From NCBI GenBank assembly GCA_951406725.2, contig OX597815.1, positions 192,386,001-192,450,000 of the forward strand: 64,000 nt of DNA. Direction: 5' to 3'. A program made the position numbers and the translations under genes. Positions 12,721-26,389 of this stretch are shown here, piece by piece. Position 1 is the first letter of the stretch. The number at the start of each line of letters is the position of its first letter. The DNA is from Octopus vulgaris. Its lineage: Eukaryota. The notes below the pieces were generated by a model. The model searched no databases, had not been told where the DNA came from, and saw only the letters and a program-made list of their open reading frames with translations.

Positions 12721-13194
12721 GAGTGACAGAGCAGTTCAGGCCATCAAAGTGACACTGGGGTAAAATATACGAAGCCCAGTATACCCATCATCACGACCCA
12801 AATGATAAGGGTACACCAGACACATGCATCACAAACATATGTGCGCGACATGGTGATCTCATATCAAGAGAAACCGCGCATGGCCTTGCAGGTGGGGCCC
12901 AGTTAGAATTTTCTTCTGGTCGAGTAGCCCATAACGCTCAAAAGGTGTCTGAATAAGGTTTGTTTAAGGATGTTGAACGAAACACCCATGCTTCCAGAGG
13001 TGAATTATTCAAACCCCAAAGAATCCCTCTCAATACATGGCTATGATGCTGCCCCCACTACTTCTGCTCGTGATCAGAGATGCTCATATCATCAGCCACT
13101 AAGAGACATGCTCAACTGGTTAAGGTCAAGCAACTGACAAGCAAATCTGTGGTATTGAGCAGAATATTTGCTGTAGCCTATCTTTTGTACCAAG
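12721..13194 (-). mobile_element. (TAA)n-associated interspersed repeat
   Basis: Reverse complement of 24671-25225; abuts (TTA)n; no convincing ORF. Confidence 0.75.
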
Positions 13195-13659
13195 ACAGAA
13201 TCGTTAGCATGCGAAGCAAAATGCTTAGCGGTATTTCGTCTGATTTTACGTCCTGAGTTCAAATTCCACCGAGGTCGACTTTACCTTCCATCCTTTCGGG
13301 GTAGATAAATTAAGTACCACTTACGTACTGCAGTCGATCTAATCGACTGGCCACTCCTCCAAAATGTCAGGCCTTGTGTCTATAGTAGAAAGGATTATTA
13401 TAATAATGTTATCATTATTATTGTTGCTGTTGTTATTATTATTATTAGCAGTAGTAGTATTTTATGTCACATATGCCGAAGAATAGGATCGTTCTTAACA
13501 AGTTCAATCCTTGATAACAGGTCAATCAATAATTTACTGTATGTACGATGGGACGGAACAAATATCACAACGTGATTTTGATCGAAAGTAGCATTTCATC
13601 GCTTTTAAATTTTATATTTGCAGTATCCCACTTTCACTGATATATCTATATGTACACAC

Positions 13660-15276
13660 AGAGACACACACACATACACGCACGTACAATATACACACAC
13701 ATATATATACATATACATATTATATGTACAAATATATACATTCATATATATATATATACATATACATATACATATTATATATACAAATATATACATTCAT
13801 ATATATATACATATACATATTATATATACAAATATATACATATGTATACATATACATACATACACATACATACATATACATACATACATATACATACATA
13901 TACATACATACATATACATACATACATACATACATATATACATATACATACATACATATACATACATACATACATATAAATACATACACATACATACACA
14001 TACATACATACATATAAATATCTGAACACTCACACACACGCACACTAGCACACGCACATACATATTCAGGCATAGACGCATTAAAATATCTTATAAATAT
14101 ACATTATAACAGATTCCTTTTTCTCTTCGTTTTACTTCTTTTCAAACCAAATTTAACAATGCCATATCCAAATATTCTCAAAGAAAAATTTAATTATGCG
14201 TCTATTTATTCCGAGTTAAACGACACAAAAAGAGATCAATTCCCGCCCATAGATGACATTTTAACACTTACACAAGGAAAGAATTGAATTTGTATAAACG
14301 AAGATATACTAAAGAGGAGAATGACTCTATCACTGAATTACTTCTTTTGATACAACTATATTCAGAGGTCATCTAACCAACCGCTGAATGTAAATCTCTC
14401 ACATCATTTGTTTTACGAAAACCATGGAACTGGGCTGTTTGAAGACGCTGAACCATTCCAATAACGTTGATGCCATGTATGAACTCGCAGACCGTTTCTA
14501 CTTTACTATTATCACCTATTTAATTACTATTATTTTTTTTATGAAAATGAATTTATTTTTATGAAAATGAATTTGTTTTTGTTTTCGAATTGTAAATGTA
14601 AAAATAGATTAATTGATGGCAATATGATTTTAAAAAAATACTTATCGTAATGGCTTCTTTATTTGTCAAATCAAATTTTACAATGCAACAACACAAACCT
14701 TTTTAACCAAAAGAGTACACATACATACATACATACATACATACATACATACATACATACATACATACATACATACATACCTACACACACATGTATGTCA
14801 ACATCTATCTCATCTCTTCATTTCTCTCTTCATATGTGTTTGTGTGTGTTGTGTGTGTGTGTGTGTGTGCGTGTGTTTGTATGTGTGTGTGCGTGTGCTT
14901 GTGTGTGTGTGTGTGTGTGTGAGTGTGTGTGTGTAAAAATGTATTGTAGCTCTGAAATGTCTCTTTGTTTCCTACCTCAAACTTTCGAAAATATCACTTA
15001 TCACATCTGATTTATGATTATTGAACACACACACAGCCACAAACATTACACACACACTTACACACACATGCCCAAAACACACATATTCACATATGCATAC
15101 ATACATGTATATCTAAAAAAAGTAACACACGCGCATACATTATATATATATATATGTGCACTTACATTAGCGGAAATACTAATTTTGTTTATATGTATGT
15201 ACAACCATACAGCTGCTCACACATAGCCGTACTCGTACAAGTATAAAAACTAACACAGAAGTACAGGACACACAGC

Positions 15277-15327
<51 letters not shown>

Positions 15328-15360
15328 GTGTGTGTGTGTGTGTGTGTGTGTATGCATGAG

Positions 15361-15397
<37 letters not shown>

Positions 15398-15406
15398 ATG
15401 CATGAG

Positions 15407-15443
<37 letters not shown>

Positions 15444-15543
15444 ATGCATGAGTGTATATATATATACATATATATATGTGTGTGTGTATATATGTATGCA
15501 TGAATATATATATATATGTGTGTGTGTATATATGTATGCATGA

Positions 15544-15575
<32 letters not shown>

Positions 15576-15591
15576 ATATATGTATGCATGA

Positions 15592-15622
<31 letters not shown>

Positions 15623-15808
15623 TATACATGGACATACATATGTGTGTGAGTGGGTAAAATAGACGATAAAATACAGATAAGTATTTAAAAATATGATTGA
15701 AGTGAAATATATTTAAAATGTTCGAAAGTGATAGAGAAAAAAATATATTGAAGCTATTGATGAAACACAAACTCGTACATATGTGTACACACACGAACAC
15801 ACACACAT

Positions 15809-15855
<47 letters not shown>

Positions 15856-15996
15856 TATACATGTATATATATATGTATATATATATATATAAATGTATAC
15901 ATGTATATATATATAAATGTATACATGTATATATATTATATATATATATATATATATACATGTATATATATATAAAAAATCTATATATATATAAAA

Positions 15997-16033
<37 letters not shown>

Positions 16034-16450
16034 TATACATGTATATATATATAAAGTATACATCTATATATATATATATATATATATAAATGTATACATG
16101 TATATATATATATATATATATAAATGTATACATGTATATATATATATATATACAAATGTATACATGTATATATATACACACACATATATATATATACAAA
16201 TGTATACACATATATATATATATATACAAATGTATACATATATATATATATATATACAAATGTATACATGTATATATATATATATACACACACAAATGTA
16301 TACATGTATATATATAATGTTTACATGTATATATATATAAATGTATACATGTATATATATATATGTATATATGCTTACATTTATACAAACACACAACACA
16401 CACACACACACACATACATACATACATACATACATACATACATGTATATG
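13660..16450. repeat. Compound (TA)/(CA)/(CATA) microsatellite fields and aaatgtatacatg(ta)n minisatellite
   Basis: Dense tracts at ~13660-14050, ~14720-14935 and ~15280-16450. Confidence 0.9.
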
Positions 16451-17105
16451 TGAAAAGAAAAATGAAAGGGGAAAAAATTTAAATGAATGGTTAACGATAA
16501 AGAAAGAAAAAGTAGGAAGAAAAAGAAGGTGAGAAGGGAAAATGGACAGAAACGGAGTAAAAAGAAAAGAAAACAATGAAGAAGAAAATATAAAGCGAAG
16601 GTAAAGAGGGGGAAGAGAAAGATATGTATTATATCGTTATTCAAACATTGGAAGGCGCAATAGGTTTAAAAATGGAGATATAGTTGAGATCGAGATAACA
16701 AAACAACGAAAATTTATGAAGAAAAGACAGAGGCCAAGTTAAAAATGGATGAAAAAGCTCAGATAGAGATAGTGAAGTAAAGTGGTGGAATAGGGAAGTC
16801 GAATGATTTTAGGAAGAAAGGAAATTCTACGAGTTAGACGTAAATGAAGAAAGCCACTCGTATGTAAGTCAAGAAATTGATAGGAACGTCTGCAAATACG
16901 TTAATCACTTTTTAATTTTAACATGCTTTTTGTTCTCCTTTTCCTTACGTCCACCAAATTGCCTTTCTTTTCTTCTTCTGCTTCCCATCTTTTCATTGTC
17001 TGAGCTTTTCCTAAAATTTAATATGAGGAGCAAATGACATTTTGAAATTGAAGTGTGTTATGTGTATTTTACCAATGAAGAGACAATATACACATATATA
17101 CATAA

Positions 17106-17136
<31 letters not shown>

Positions 17137-17313
17137 CTATTGGCTAAATGTTTCACTGGGATTAGTCAAGTGATGTAGACATCTCTGATGTGTCTCCAAT
17201 AAGGATCGAAAATCGATTAAAGGTATTCACAATTTCACCATTTTCTCAGCTATGGAGAAATCGGTAAATTTGGACATGTTTGTATGTCTGCTAAGCGCAT
17301 ATATGTATAATAT

Positions 17314-17352
<39 letters not shown>

Positions 17353-17521
17353 AACAGAGAGAGGTAGACCTAAGTTCTAGACATACAAACATATATATAT
17401 ATGCACACATATATATTTGTATGCATATATATATATGTGTGTGTGTGTGTTTGTGTGTATACATGTATGTATGTGCGTATATATATATATGTGTATATAT
17501 ATGTATGTGCATGTATGTATT

Positions 17522-17594
<73 letters not shown>

Positions 17595-17595
17595 T

Positions 17596-18360
17596 CTATT
17601 TTTTTTATTATTATAAATCTTCCACTGAGAAGGGAGCTGGTTTCCATGGTCTTTTTTTGTATGCTGAGAGCTTTCTATCCAGGTCTTCTCTGAGGTCAGG
17701 GAACCAAGCTGTTTTGGGGCTATATTGGAGATCATCAGGAAGAGAGTTTTCTTGAGGAGTTCACTGCCAACTCGTACAATGTTGCACACTTCACTTTTCA
17801 GGAGTGCATTAATATTTTTATTTTTGTTGTTGTTGTTTAGCAGGTACTGCCTGAGTGATACCATACGGCATTCGAAGGCCGCCTGCACAGATCTCAGGCC
17901 TCTACCACTTTCATTTCTTCTTAGGCAGAGCCTGTCAGCATCACTGTTTCTGTGGGACTTCCCAGTTGTCAGGATTTTGCGGGTTTGATATCTATGGAGT
18001 GGATTTCCTCTACAGACCAATCAAATATCCCAAATGTTGGGATCAGCACTGGTACTGCAAATGCATTGTGGGATATTGTTTTATTGTAAGAGGAGAGTTC
18101 CGATTGCCATATTTTCCCAAGTCTGGTGTAATATTCTCGGGTCACTCTATCTTTATTCACAGTGCCTCCATATGACACATTTTCGTCTATGCCAAGGTAC
18201 TTGTAACATTCATTGTGTGGAATGGGGGAGATAGAGAGACCGTTGATGCACAAGTTTGTGGTTTGGAGGACTGACTTTCTTCCTTCTATAACTAAATATG
18301 AACATTTCTTTTGGCCAAATTCCATGCCTATATCAGGTGAAAATGTTATTAATTCCAGTT
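17596..18360 (-). mobile_element. R4/Dong-like LINE fragment (RT C-terminal region joined to 3' UTR)
   Basis: DIGMEFGQKKCS...YKYLGIDEN...SELSSYNK...AVPVL...RLCLRRNESGRGLRS across a frameshift; (CATA)n tail. Confidence 0.85.
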
Positions 18361-18399
18361 GTATGTATGCATGTATTCCAGTTGTGTGTATGTATGTAT

Positions 18400-18632
18400 A
18401 TATTTCTTTACTACCCACAAGGGGCTAAACATAGAGGGGACAAACAAGGACAGACAAAGGTATTAAGTCGATTACATCGATCCCAGTGCGAAACTTGTAC
18501 TTAATTTATCGACCCCGAAAGGATGAAAGGCAAAGTCGACCCCGGCGGAATTTGAACTCAGAACGTAACGACAGACGAAATACCGCTAAGCATTTCGCCC
18601 GGCGTGCTAACGATTCTGCCAGCTCGCCGCCT
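18400..18632 (-). mobile_element. SINE family A monomer
   Basis: Full head-to-tail match to other copies. Confidence 0.88.
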
Positions 18633-20173
18633 TTGTATGTGTATATACATGAGACATGTAAATTTTCATATATCACAGCAAAACGCAAGGTGTAAGGGCG
18701 ATGCATTGGAAATAAATGGACGAAACTAAAAGGCGGAAATGGACGAAAGGTAAATTGAAGTAGAATATAATATAGAATAAACCGTTACATAAATAAATAA
18801 CGTGAAATACACGAAGGGACGAACATAAGAGACAGACGGGTCATTCAAAGCCTTCGTTCTTCAGTCAGAAGTGTTCGTTGTTGTTTAGGGAAGATACACT
18901 CAGATGTGAACATACGCGCGCACACACACACAACACACATTCATCACTGTTTAAAATAAATTGTCAGAAGTTGACGTAGATTGGTGATATATGTATGAAT
19001 GCTCGTGTGGTAGATTTGCAGCGTTATGTCCAGATGTGTATAATAATGAAATGAAAGGAAATTCCAAGCAGAATAAACAGTCCAGCCGTCTTATTGTTAG
19101 ATATACAACTCTATACTGAAATGTAAAAGTAAAAATGGAATGAAAAGTCGTCAAAATATTACACGTAAAATTCCGACGCGTGATTTTTGTGACAGAACGT
19201 ATTATTATTTATTCGGTTGGTAAAGTTAATATCTACAGAAGATATATTCTCTCATGAGAACACGAAAAGAAAAAAAAAAAAAAGGATGTCTAATTTAGTG
19301 ATAAATAAATCTGGTGACTGCCTCAGAATATAAAATCCTTCTGAAAAACAGAGGCGACGTTTGAATACGTTGATGTATGCGAAGATTCACAAATTGATAT
19401 TGAAATTATTAACGCCTTCCAACCTTCTGATTCCAGACATATTTTGAGAGGGTTGCGGTATTTCTGTTATGATCGCAACAGAAAAGAACATGTACTGATT
19501 ACATTTTGATTAAAAGGTATCTTCACTCAGGCTTGTGTAATGACTTGCGTAGCTATCGTTCCTAATTAAGATCTTCGCTCAGAACACCATATTTATTTCA
19601 AGGTATTTAGCCTCTCAGAAGAGGCATTTATGTCAGTGTGTATAAGGCTGTATATACTTATACATGAATGGGTATATTTGTACCTCTCATATATATTTAT
19701 CTATGAGCGCGTACCAGGTATTTTTTATGTTTGTATATGCGTATATACATAAGCGCAGATTGTATTCAATCATTTTGAGCGTGTACGCATACACGGATCT
19801 ATCCACCCTTTTTATCAAGGACCTCTATCAAAAATGTATTTATATTAAGCTCCCTGCCATTACGCTTATCAGTTAACCTTATTTATAGGATTTCTTACCT
19901 GAATTATGTTATCAGGTGTCTGACACTGATTTTTGAGACTGCACAAGAATATTCCATATATGCATTGTATAGAGATCTCTTTGGGAAATACAGAATTCGG
20001 TTTTACAGGATCCATGTAAGAAGCTCGAAACACCGAAGTAATACTCAGGTGTTTTCAACTTCAAATACATATCTGCCACACACACACACGTTTATATATT
20101 CCACCTGCCTTCGTCTTTTGTTTATTTCCGTAAACCTGCCTTCGTCTTTTGTCTATTTTCATAAAGCTTCCCG

Positions 20174-20231
<58 letters not shown>

Positions 20232-20311
20232 GTGTGTGTGATATATATATATATATACGTGTGTATATATATATATAAACGTGTGTGTGATATATATATA
20301 TATACGTGTGT

Positions 20312-20394
<83 letters not shown>

Positions 20395-20419
20395 GTGTGT
20401 GTGATATATATATATATAT

Positions 20420-20513
20420 AACTTATAAACAAGGGCAAAAAAAAATTATTTCTATGCCAATATGTTGCATATTGGCATAGAAATCATTTCTCTTTTGCTC
20501 TTGTTTATAAGTT
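20420..20513. repeat. Hairpin next to (TA)n
   Basis: aacttataaacaagggcaaaa...atttctatgccaatatg ttg catattggcatagaaat...ttttgctcttgtttataagtt. Confidence 0.85.
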
Positions 20514-20603
20514 GTTTATAATTTTAGCCATTAAAGGTATTTTAATATGCTGCCACTTTGATGAAATCTTTTCTGAAAATTTTTTTATCCTATATTAGTA
20601 GTA

Positions 20604-20646
<43 letters not shown>

Positions 20647-20931
20647 ACTCTTCCGTCGAAGACGACGTTTGAGCGATCAGCGTTTCTGTCGAATAACCTG
20701 CACACAATTGATTTGTTTATAGTGATCAAACGTATTTGCAGTACATTAACTCACTCTCTCCGCCATTAAATCGATGTTGCGTAAACAGGGGAACGGTGTG
20801 CCACGCGTCAAGTGTCGAAAGGGATCGGTGAATAATGTGAGATAAAGGGGGCTTTGCTCAAGAACATTTACATGTGTGTATACGTATGTGTGTATGTATA
20901 CATGTTTATATATATATATATATATATATAT

Positions 20932-21297
20932 AGGCGTAGGTGTGGCTGTGTGGTAAGTAGCTTGCTTACAAACCACATGGTTCCGGGTTCATTCCCACTG
21001 CAGTGCACCTTGGGCAAGTGTCTTCTATAGCCTCAGGCCAACTAAAGCCTTGTGAGTAGATTTGGTAGACGGAAACTGAAAGAAGCCCGTCGTATATATA
21101 TGTATATATGTATGTATGTGTGTGTGCATATGTTTGTTTGTCTCTCCAACATCGCTTGACAACCGATGCTAATGTAAGATAGCGGTTCGACAAAAGAGAC
21201 CGATAGAATAAGTATTAGGCTTACAAAGAATTCGGCTGAAGGCGGTGCTCCAGCATGGCCGCAGTCAAATGACTGAAACAAGTAAAAGAGTAAAGAG
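20932..21297 (+). mobile_element. SINE family B
   Basis: ggcgtaggtgtggctgtgtggtaag head, ccttgggcaagtg core, internal (TA)(TG)n, tail gactgaaacaagtaaaagag. Confidence 0.88.
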
Positions 21298-21373
21298 GGC
21301 ACCTGGTCAAGGAATTGAAATCACGGTCTCGCAATCGTGACTGCAACACCCTAACCACCAGGCCATGCGTCCT

Positions 21374-21419
<46 letters not shown>

Positions 21420-21479
21420 TAACGTGTATAACCATCAGACTTAGATACTCATATACACAGTATATATACATACATACGT

Positions 21480-21512
<33 letters not shown>

Positions 21513-22310
21513 CCACATTTATAACCATCAAACTTAGATACCTATACACAAATGCACAGTACACATACATATATATATACATACGTGTGTGTATGTGTGT
21601 GTGTGTGTACTCTGCATACGCATGATTCTGTATGCGTGAGTGAGTATGTGTGTATGTGATTGAAACCTTTCCTCACCAGCCAGAAGCCTGAAGTTGACTC
21701 GCAGCCAGCTCCATTGAAACCAAGTGTCTGTTTAGATAAGAAAATACGATAAGAGTTTTTCTCGAGAAAAGTATTGCCACTAAAACTGATGCATTTATGT
21801 ATAAGGTCAGCTTAAAGTAATATTCTAATTTGTTCTACATTGTTAGATACTTCGCTTCGGTTTTTCCTTCTCATCCTGTTTATTTCATTAAATATCATTT
21901 CCTTTTTGCACCATAGCAGCATAAATCTAATAGAAAACTTTCCAAGCATGAGGGAAATAAAATTGATAAAATAAACAGTCTTGCAATCTTACGATCGAAT
22001 CAAGCTCTTATTTTATATATGTATATGTATGTACGTTTGTATGTGTATGTGTATGTATACATGTATTGTAACATATGTATGTATGTATGTATGTATTGTA
22101 ACATGTGTATGTATGTATGTATATGTGTATGTATGTATGTTTAGGGATTTTTTAAAAAAACACCGAATTTGAAGTATTTATTTTCTTAAAGTTCTTTCCT
22201 GTGATCCTTGTATAACTTAATTTTCGGACATCATGTAATTCTTTCGCGGGTTGAAATACAGCAAGGATACAAAGAAAAAACTCTGCTTTCTCATATATCA
22301 GGCAAATATC

Positions 22311-22351
<41 letters not shown>

Positions 22352-22361
22352 GTAATAATAA

Positions 22362-22575
22362 TCCTTTCTACTCTAGGCAGAAGGCCCGAAATGTTGGGGG
22401 AAGGTGGGGCAGTCGATGAAATCAACTCCAGTACGCAACTGGTACTTAATTTGTTGATTCCGAAAGGATGAAAGGTAAACTCGAACTCGGTGGAATTTGA
22501 ACTCAAAACGTAGCCATGGACGAAATACCACTCAGCATTTCGTCCAGCGTGCTAACGATTCTGCCAGCTCGCCGC
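22362..22575 (-). mobile_element. SINE family A within (TAA)n
   Basis: Core and head match; flanked by TAA tracts. Confidence 0.8.
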
Positions 22576-22629
<54 letters not shown>

Positions 22630-22632
<3 letters not shown>

Positions 22633-22812
22633 ATACTTTCTATGTAATCTCAAGTTTTAAAACAAACATAATTTTCTTATGGTTTCTTAGTACAAAACCA
22701 AGTATATGGCACCCTAGGCATAACAACAACATGAACTTCCAACTTGTTGTCTCTTGAGGTCTCTGGGTGAGACTTGGAGCCAACTTGTACAAATGTAAAG
22801 CAAAAGTCAAAC

Positions 22813-22815
<3 letters not shown>
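22630..22815 (+). mobile_element. Extremely 5'-truncated Dong-like LINE (last codons + 3' UTR)
   Basis: aaaatactttctatgtaa = KILSM*, like the RRVLSL*/RKVLDS* ends of neighbouring copies; (TAA)n on both sides. Confidence 0.55.
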
Positions 22816-22870
<55 letters not shown>

Positions 22871-22873
<3 letters not shown>

Positions 22874-23338
22874 GATCAGACAAAAAGAACGTGTTTATTA
22901 ATTGACATGAGTATTCCCTGTGATCACAATATGGCGGCGAAAGAATTTGACAAGATTAGTAAATATAAAGATCTGCTAATAGAAATTGAAAAAATGTGGC
23001 AATTCAAGGCGACTACAGTACCAGTGATTGTAGGATCTCTAGGAATGATAAAAAAAAGGTACTGAAACCTATTTGAAAATGATTCCAGGCTTACCATCCC
23101 TACAGGAAGTGCAAAAAATCGTGTTAACTGGAACGGCTCATGTACTGAGAAGAGTACTATCGCTGTAAAAATAACATCCATCCCTGAATTTATTTATTTA
23201 TTAATTTTTAAATACATATTTTATCTGTGAATTTGCGCGTGTAATCTGGGAATGCATACAATGCCCTTCTCTGCCCTAGGTGTATGGAAAACACTCGGCG
23301 AGAAACGGAAGAAAATTTGAAGAAAGAAGGAAAAAACA
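22871..23338 (+). mobile_element. R4/Dong-like LINE 3' fragment (RLE domain)
   Basis: CLLIDMSIPCDHNMAAKEFDKISKYKDLLIEIEKMW...VPVIVGSLG...QKIVLTGTAHVLRRVLSL*; (TAA)n on both sides. Confidence 0.88.
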
Positions 23339-23409
23339 TAATAATAATAATAATAGTGACAGGAACGAGAGAGTACTGAAAGCATAAAAAAAAAAGGAAA
23401 AACAAAAGA

Positions 23410-24275
23410 AGAAATGCAAAAAAGGCATGAAGAATTACGCAAGAAGGGACTACACAATCAGTTCCATGCAGCCACAACAGAAGTTGCCGAAAAAAAAAGG
23501 TCGGACTGTCGTATGAAAGGAATACTTGAAAAAGAGACCGAAGCACTATACTGGCAACGCATTACCAAGCTTTGGCCACGAACTGCAGGGTCAGCCTTAG
23601 GAATGAGCATGTGTCTTTGCTGTGCCACATCTGCGACAGAGTGGATGAAACCATTGCCCATATGACGAGCGAATGCCCTAGACTTGACCCAAATCACTAC
23701 AACTTGTGGCGACACGACCAGGTAGCGAAAGTGCTACATTGGAAACTGTGCGAAAAGTGAGGGTTAGAAAGAGGCAAGACGTGGTATGAACACAAACCGC
23801 AGAGAGTGGCGGAGTCGGAGACTAGCAAAATCCTCTGGGATTTCCCAATTTAAACAGATCAGGTGCTAGAGCATAACATACTGGACCTAGTGGTGGTGGA
23901 CAAGGTACACCACATATGCTATATAGTTGACGTTGCAGGCCTTTTGACCAACGAATTGTCAAGAAGGAAGACGAAAAGATACGTACAAGCCTCTTAAGTA
24001 CGAAATAACCCGGCTATGTAAAATGAAGAAGGTGAAGATAGTGCCAATTATTGTTGGGTCCTTGGGAACAGTATCAAAAGGCATCAAGAGGAATATCAAG
24101 GAAACTGGAATAGAGTGCCCAGTAGAACTGTTACAAAAGGTTTGCCTCTTTGGCACAGCCAGAATAATCAGGAAAGTATTAGATAGCTGAAACGAACGGA
24201 TAACATGGTACCGTAAGCTGCAGCTAATAAGCCCTCTACCCATTCAAGACTCCAAGAGCTTTCACAAAAAACGTG

Positions 24276-24278
<3 letters not shown>
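23410..24278 (+). mobile_element. R4/Dong-like LINE 3' fragment (CCHC knuckle + RLE domain)
   Basis: CHICDRVDETIAHMTSEC, RHDQV, KILWDFPI, VPIIVGSLG, GTARIIRKVLDS*; stops and frameshifts; (TAA)n tail. Confidence 0.9.
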
Positions 24279-24321
<43 letters not shown>

Positions 24322-24536
24322 TCTTTTTACTAGAAGCACAAGGTCTCAAAATTTTGGAGGAAGAGATTAAGTCAATTATATCGACCCCAGTACGTAACTG
24401 GCACTAATTTTTATCGATCCCAAATGGATGAAAGGCAAAGTCGACCTCGGTGGAATTTGAACTCAGAATGTAGCGACAAATGAAATACCGCTAAGAATTT
24501 CGTCCGGCGTGCTAGCAATTCTGCCAGTTCGCCGCC
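24322..24536 (-). mobile_element. SINE family A within (TAA)n
   Basis: Core and head match. Confidence 0.8.
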
Positions 24537-24573
<37 letters not shown>

Positions 24574-24620
24574 TAATAATAATAATAATAATGATAATAA
24601 TAATAATAATAATAATAATG

Positions 24621-24651
<31 letters not shown>

Positions 24652-24670
24652 TAATAATAATAATAATAAA

Positions 24671-25225
24671 TGCCCTGATGCAGTACCAAGCAGTGGCTCT
24701 CATGGCTTCTGATCTTAACTGATTGGAAGTGTTATCATGTACATTGTTTTGTCTTGGTATAAAAGATGGGCTACAGCAAATATTCTGCTCAATACCACAG
24801 ATTTGCTTGTCAGTTGTTTGACCTTAACTAGTTGAGCATGTCCCTTAGTGGCTGACGATATGTGCATCTCTGATCACGAGCAGAAGCAGTGGGGGAGCAT
24901 CATAGCCATGTGTTGAGAGGGATTCTTTGGGGTTTGAATAGTTCACCTCTGGAAACATGGGTGGTTCTTTCAACATCCTTAAACAACCCTTATTCAGGGA
25001 CCGTGTGAGCGGGATGGGCTACTCAACCTGAAGAAAATTCTAACTGGGCCCCACCTGCAAGGTCATGTGCTGTTTATCTTGATATGAGATCACCATGTCG
25101 CGCACATATGGTTGTGATGCATGTGCCTGGTGTACCTTTATCAGACGGGTAGTCATGATGGGTATATTGGGCTTCGTATATTTTACCCCAGTGTCACTTT
25201 GATGGCATGAACTGCTCTCTCACTC
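24671..25225 (+). mobile_element. (TAA)n-flanked interspersed repeat
   Basis: Second copy inverted at 12721-13194; both end ...ctct.tcactc(aat)n. Confidence 0.75.
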
Positions 25226-25255
<30 letters not shown>

Positions 25256-25256
<1 letters not shown>

Positions 25257-25785
25257 TGGTACCAACATACACCGCAAAAGGTAATAGACGAAAAGGGGAA
25301 GGCAAAAATCCTCTGGGACCTTTACATTCAGACTAGGTGTTAGAGCATCGAAGGCCGGATATAGTAACCTTTACGAGGGACAAACAAGAGGGCCTAATAA
25401 TTGACGTGGCAGTGCCTGGAGATCGACATATTATCATGAAAGAAAGAGAAAAGGTTGATAAATATGGAGACCCGAGAATTGAGATCGCTAAGATGTGGCA
25501 GCTACGAGAGTCAAATATAAAGGTTATCCCTATTTTCATCGGAGCATTGGGTTCAATACCACCTAGTCTGTAAAAACATCTGAAAGCCTAAGCGATACCC
25601 TACAGTCTAGGTGTATTGCAAAAGTCGGCATTACTTGGAACTGCAAGCATATTGCGTAAAGTAGTGTCTGTCTGAGATACTTGTTGTGACCTGAGATACT
25701 TGTTGTGACCTGAGATACTTGTTGTGACACAATATCTTCAATCAACATCCTCACGATATTGTATACTGTGCGACGTCTTAAATAG
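25256..25785 (+). mobile_element. R4/Dong-like LINE 3' fragment (RLE domain)
   Basis: WYQHTP...KILWD...HRRPDIV...IIDVAVPGD...EKVDKY...IPIFIGALG...GTASILRKVVSV*; 19-bp unit x3 at 25672-25728. Confidence 0.88.
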
Positions 25786-25837
25786 TAACAACAACAACAA
25801 CAACGACAGCAGCAGCAAGAAGAAGAAGAAAAAGAAG

Positions 25838-25872
<35 letters not shown>

Positions 25873-26032
25873 AGAAGAAGAAAAAAGAAGAAAAAGAAGA
25901 AGAAGAAGAAGAAGGAGAAGAAGGAGAAGAAGGAGAAGAAGAAGAGGAAGAAGATAAAAAGAAGAAAAAGAAGAAAAAGAAGAAAAAGAAGAGGAAGAAG
26001 ATAAAAAGAAGAAAAAGAAGAAAAAGAAGAAA

Positions 26033-26071
<39 letters not shown>

Positions 26072-26218
26072 GAGAAGAAGAAGAAGAAGAAGAAGAAGAA
26101 GGAAGGAGAAGAAGAAGAAGAGGACGAAGAAAAAGAAGAAGAAGAAGAGGAAGGAGAAGAAGAAGAAGAAGAGGACGAAGAAAAAGAAGAAGAAGAAGAA
26201 GAAGAAGAAGAAGAAGAA
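25786..26218. repeat. (CAA)/(CAG)/(GAA)n compound trinucleotide tract
   Basis: Direct inspection. Confidence 0.95.
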
Positions 26219-26389
26219 TGGTTTCAAATTCTGCCTCGAGAGCAGCAATTTTGTGGGAGGGGATAAGTCGATTTGATTTTCTTTTATTATAATCCCACAC
26301 TTAACCCTTATGACCTAATGTAATCCCACACTTAACCCCTATTGACCCTTATGGTCAATAAAGAAAGCATTAATATTATTATTGTTATT

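Noticed and set aside
25563-26300. Poly-L/S/F and poly-E/R ORFs; also poly-N/L ORFs at 37460-37898
   Set aside because: Trinucleotide repeat tracts
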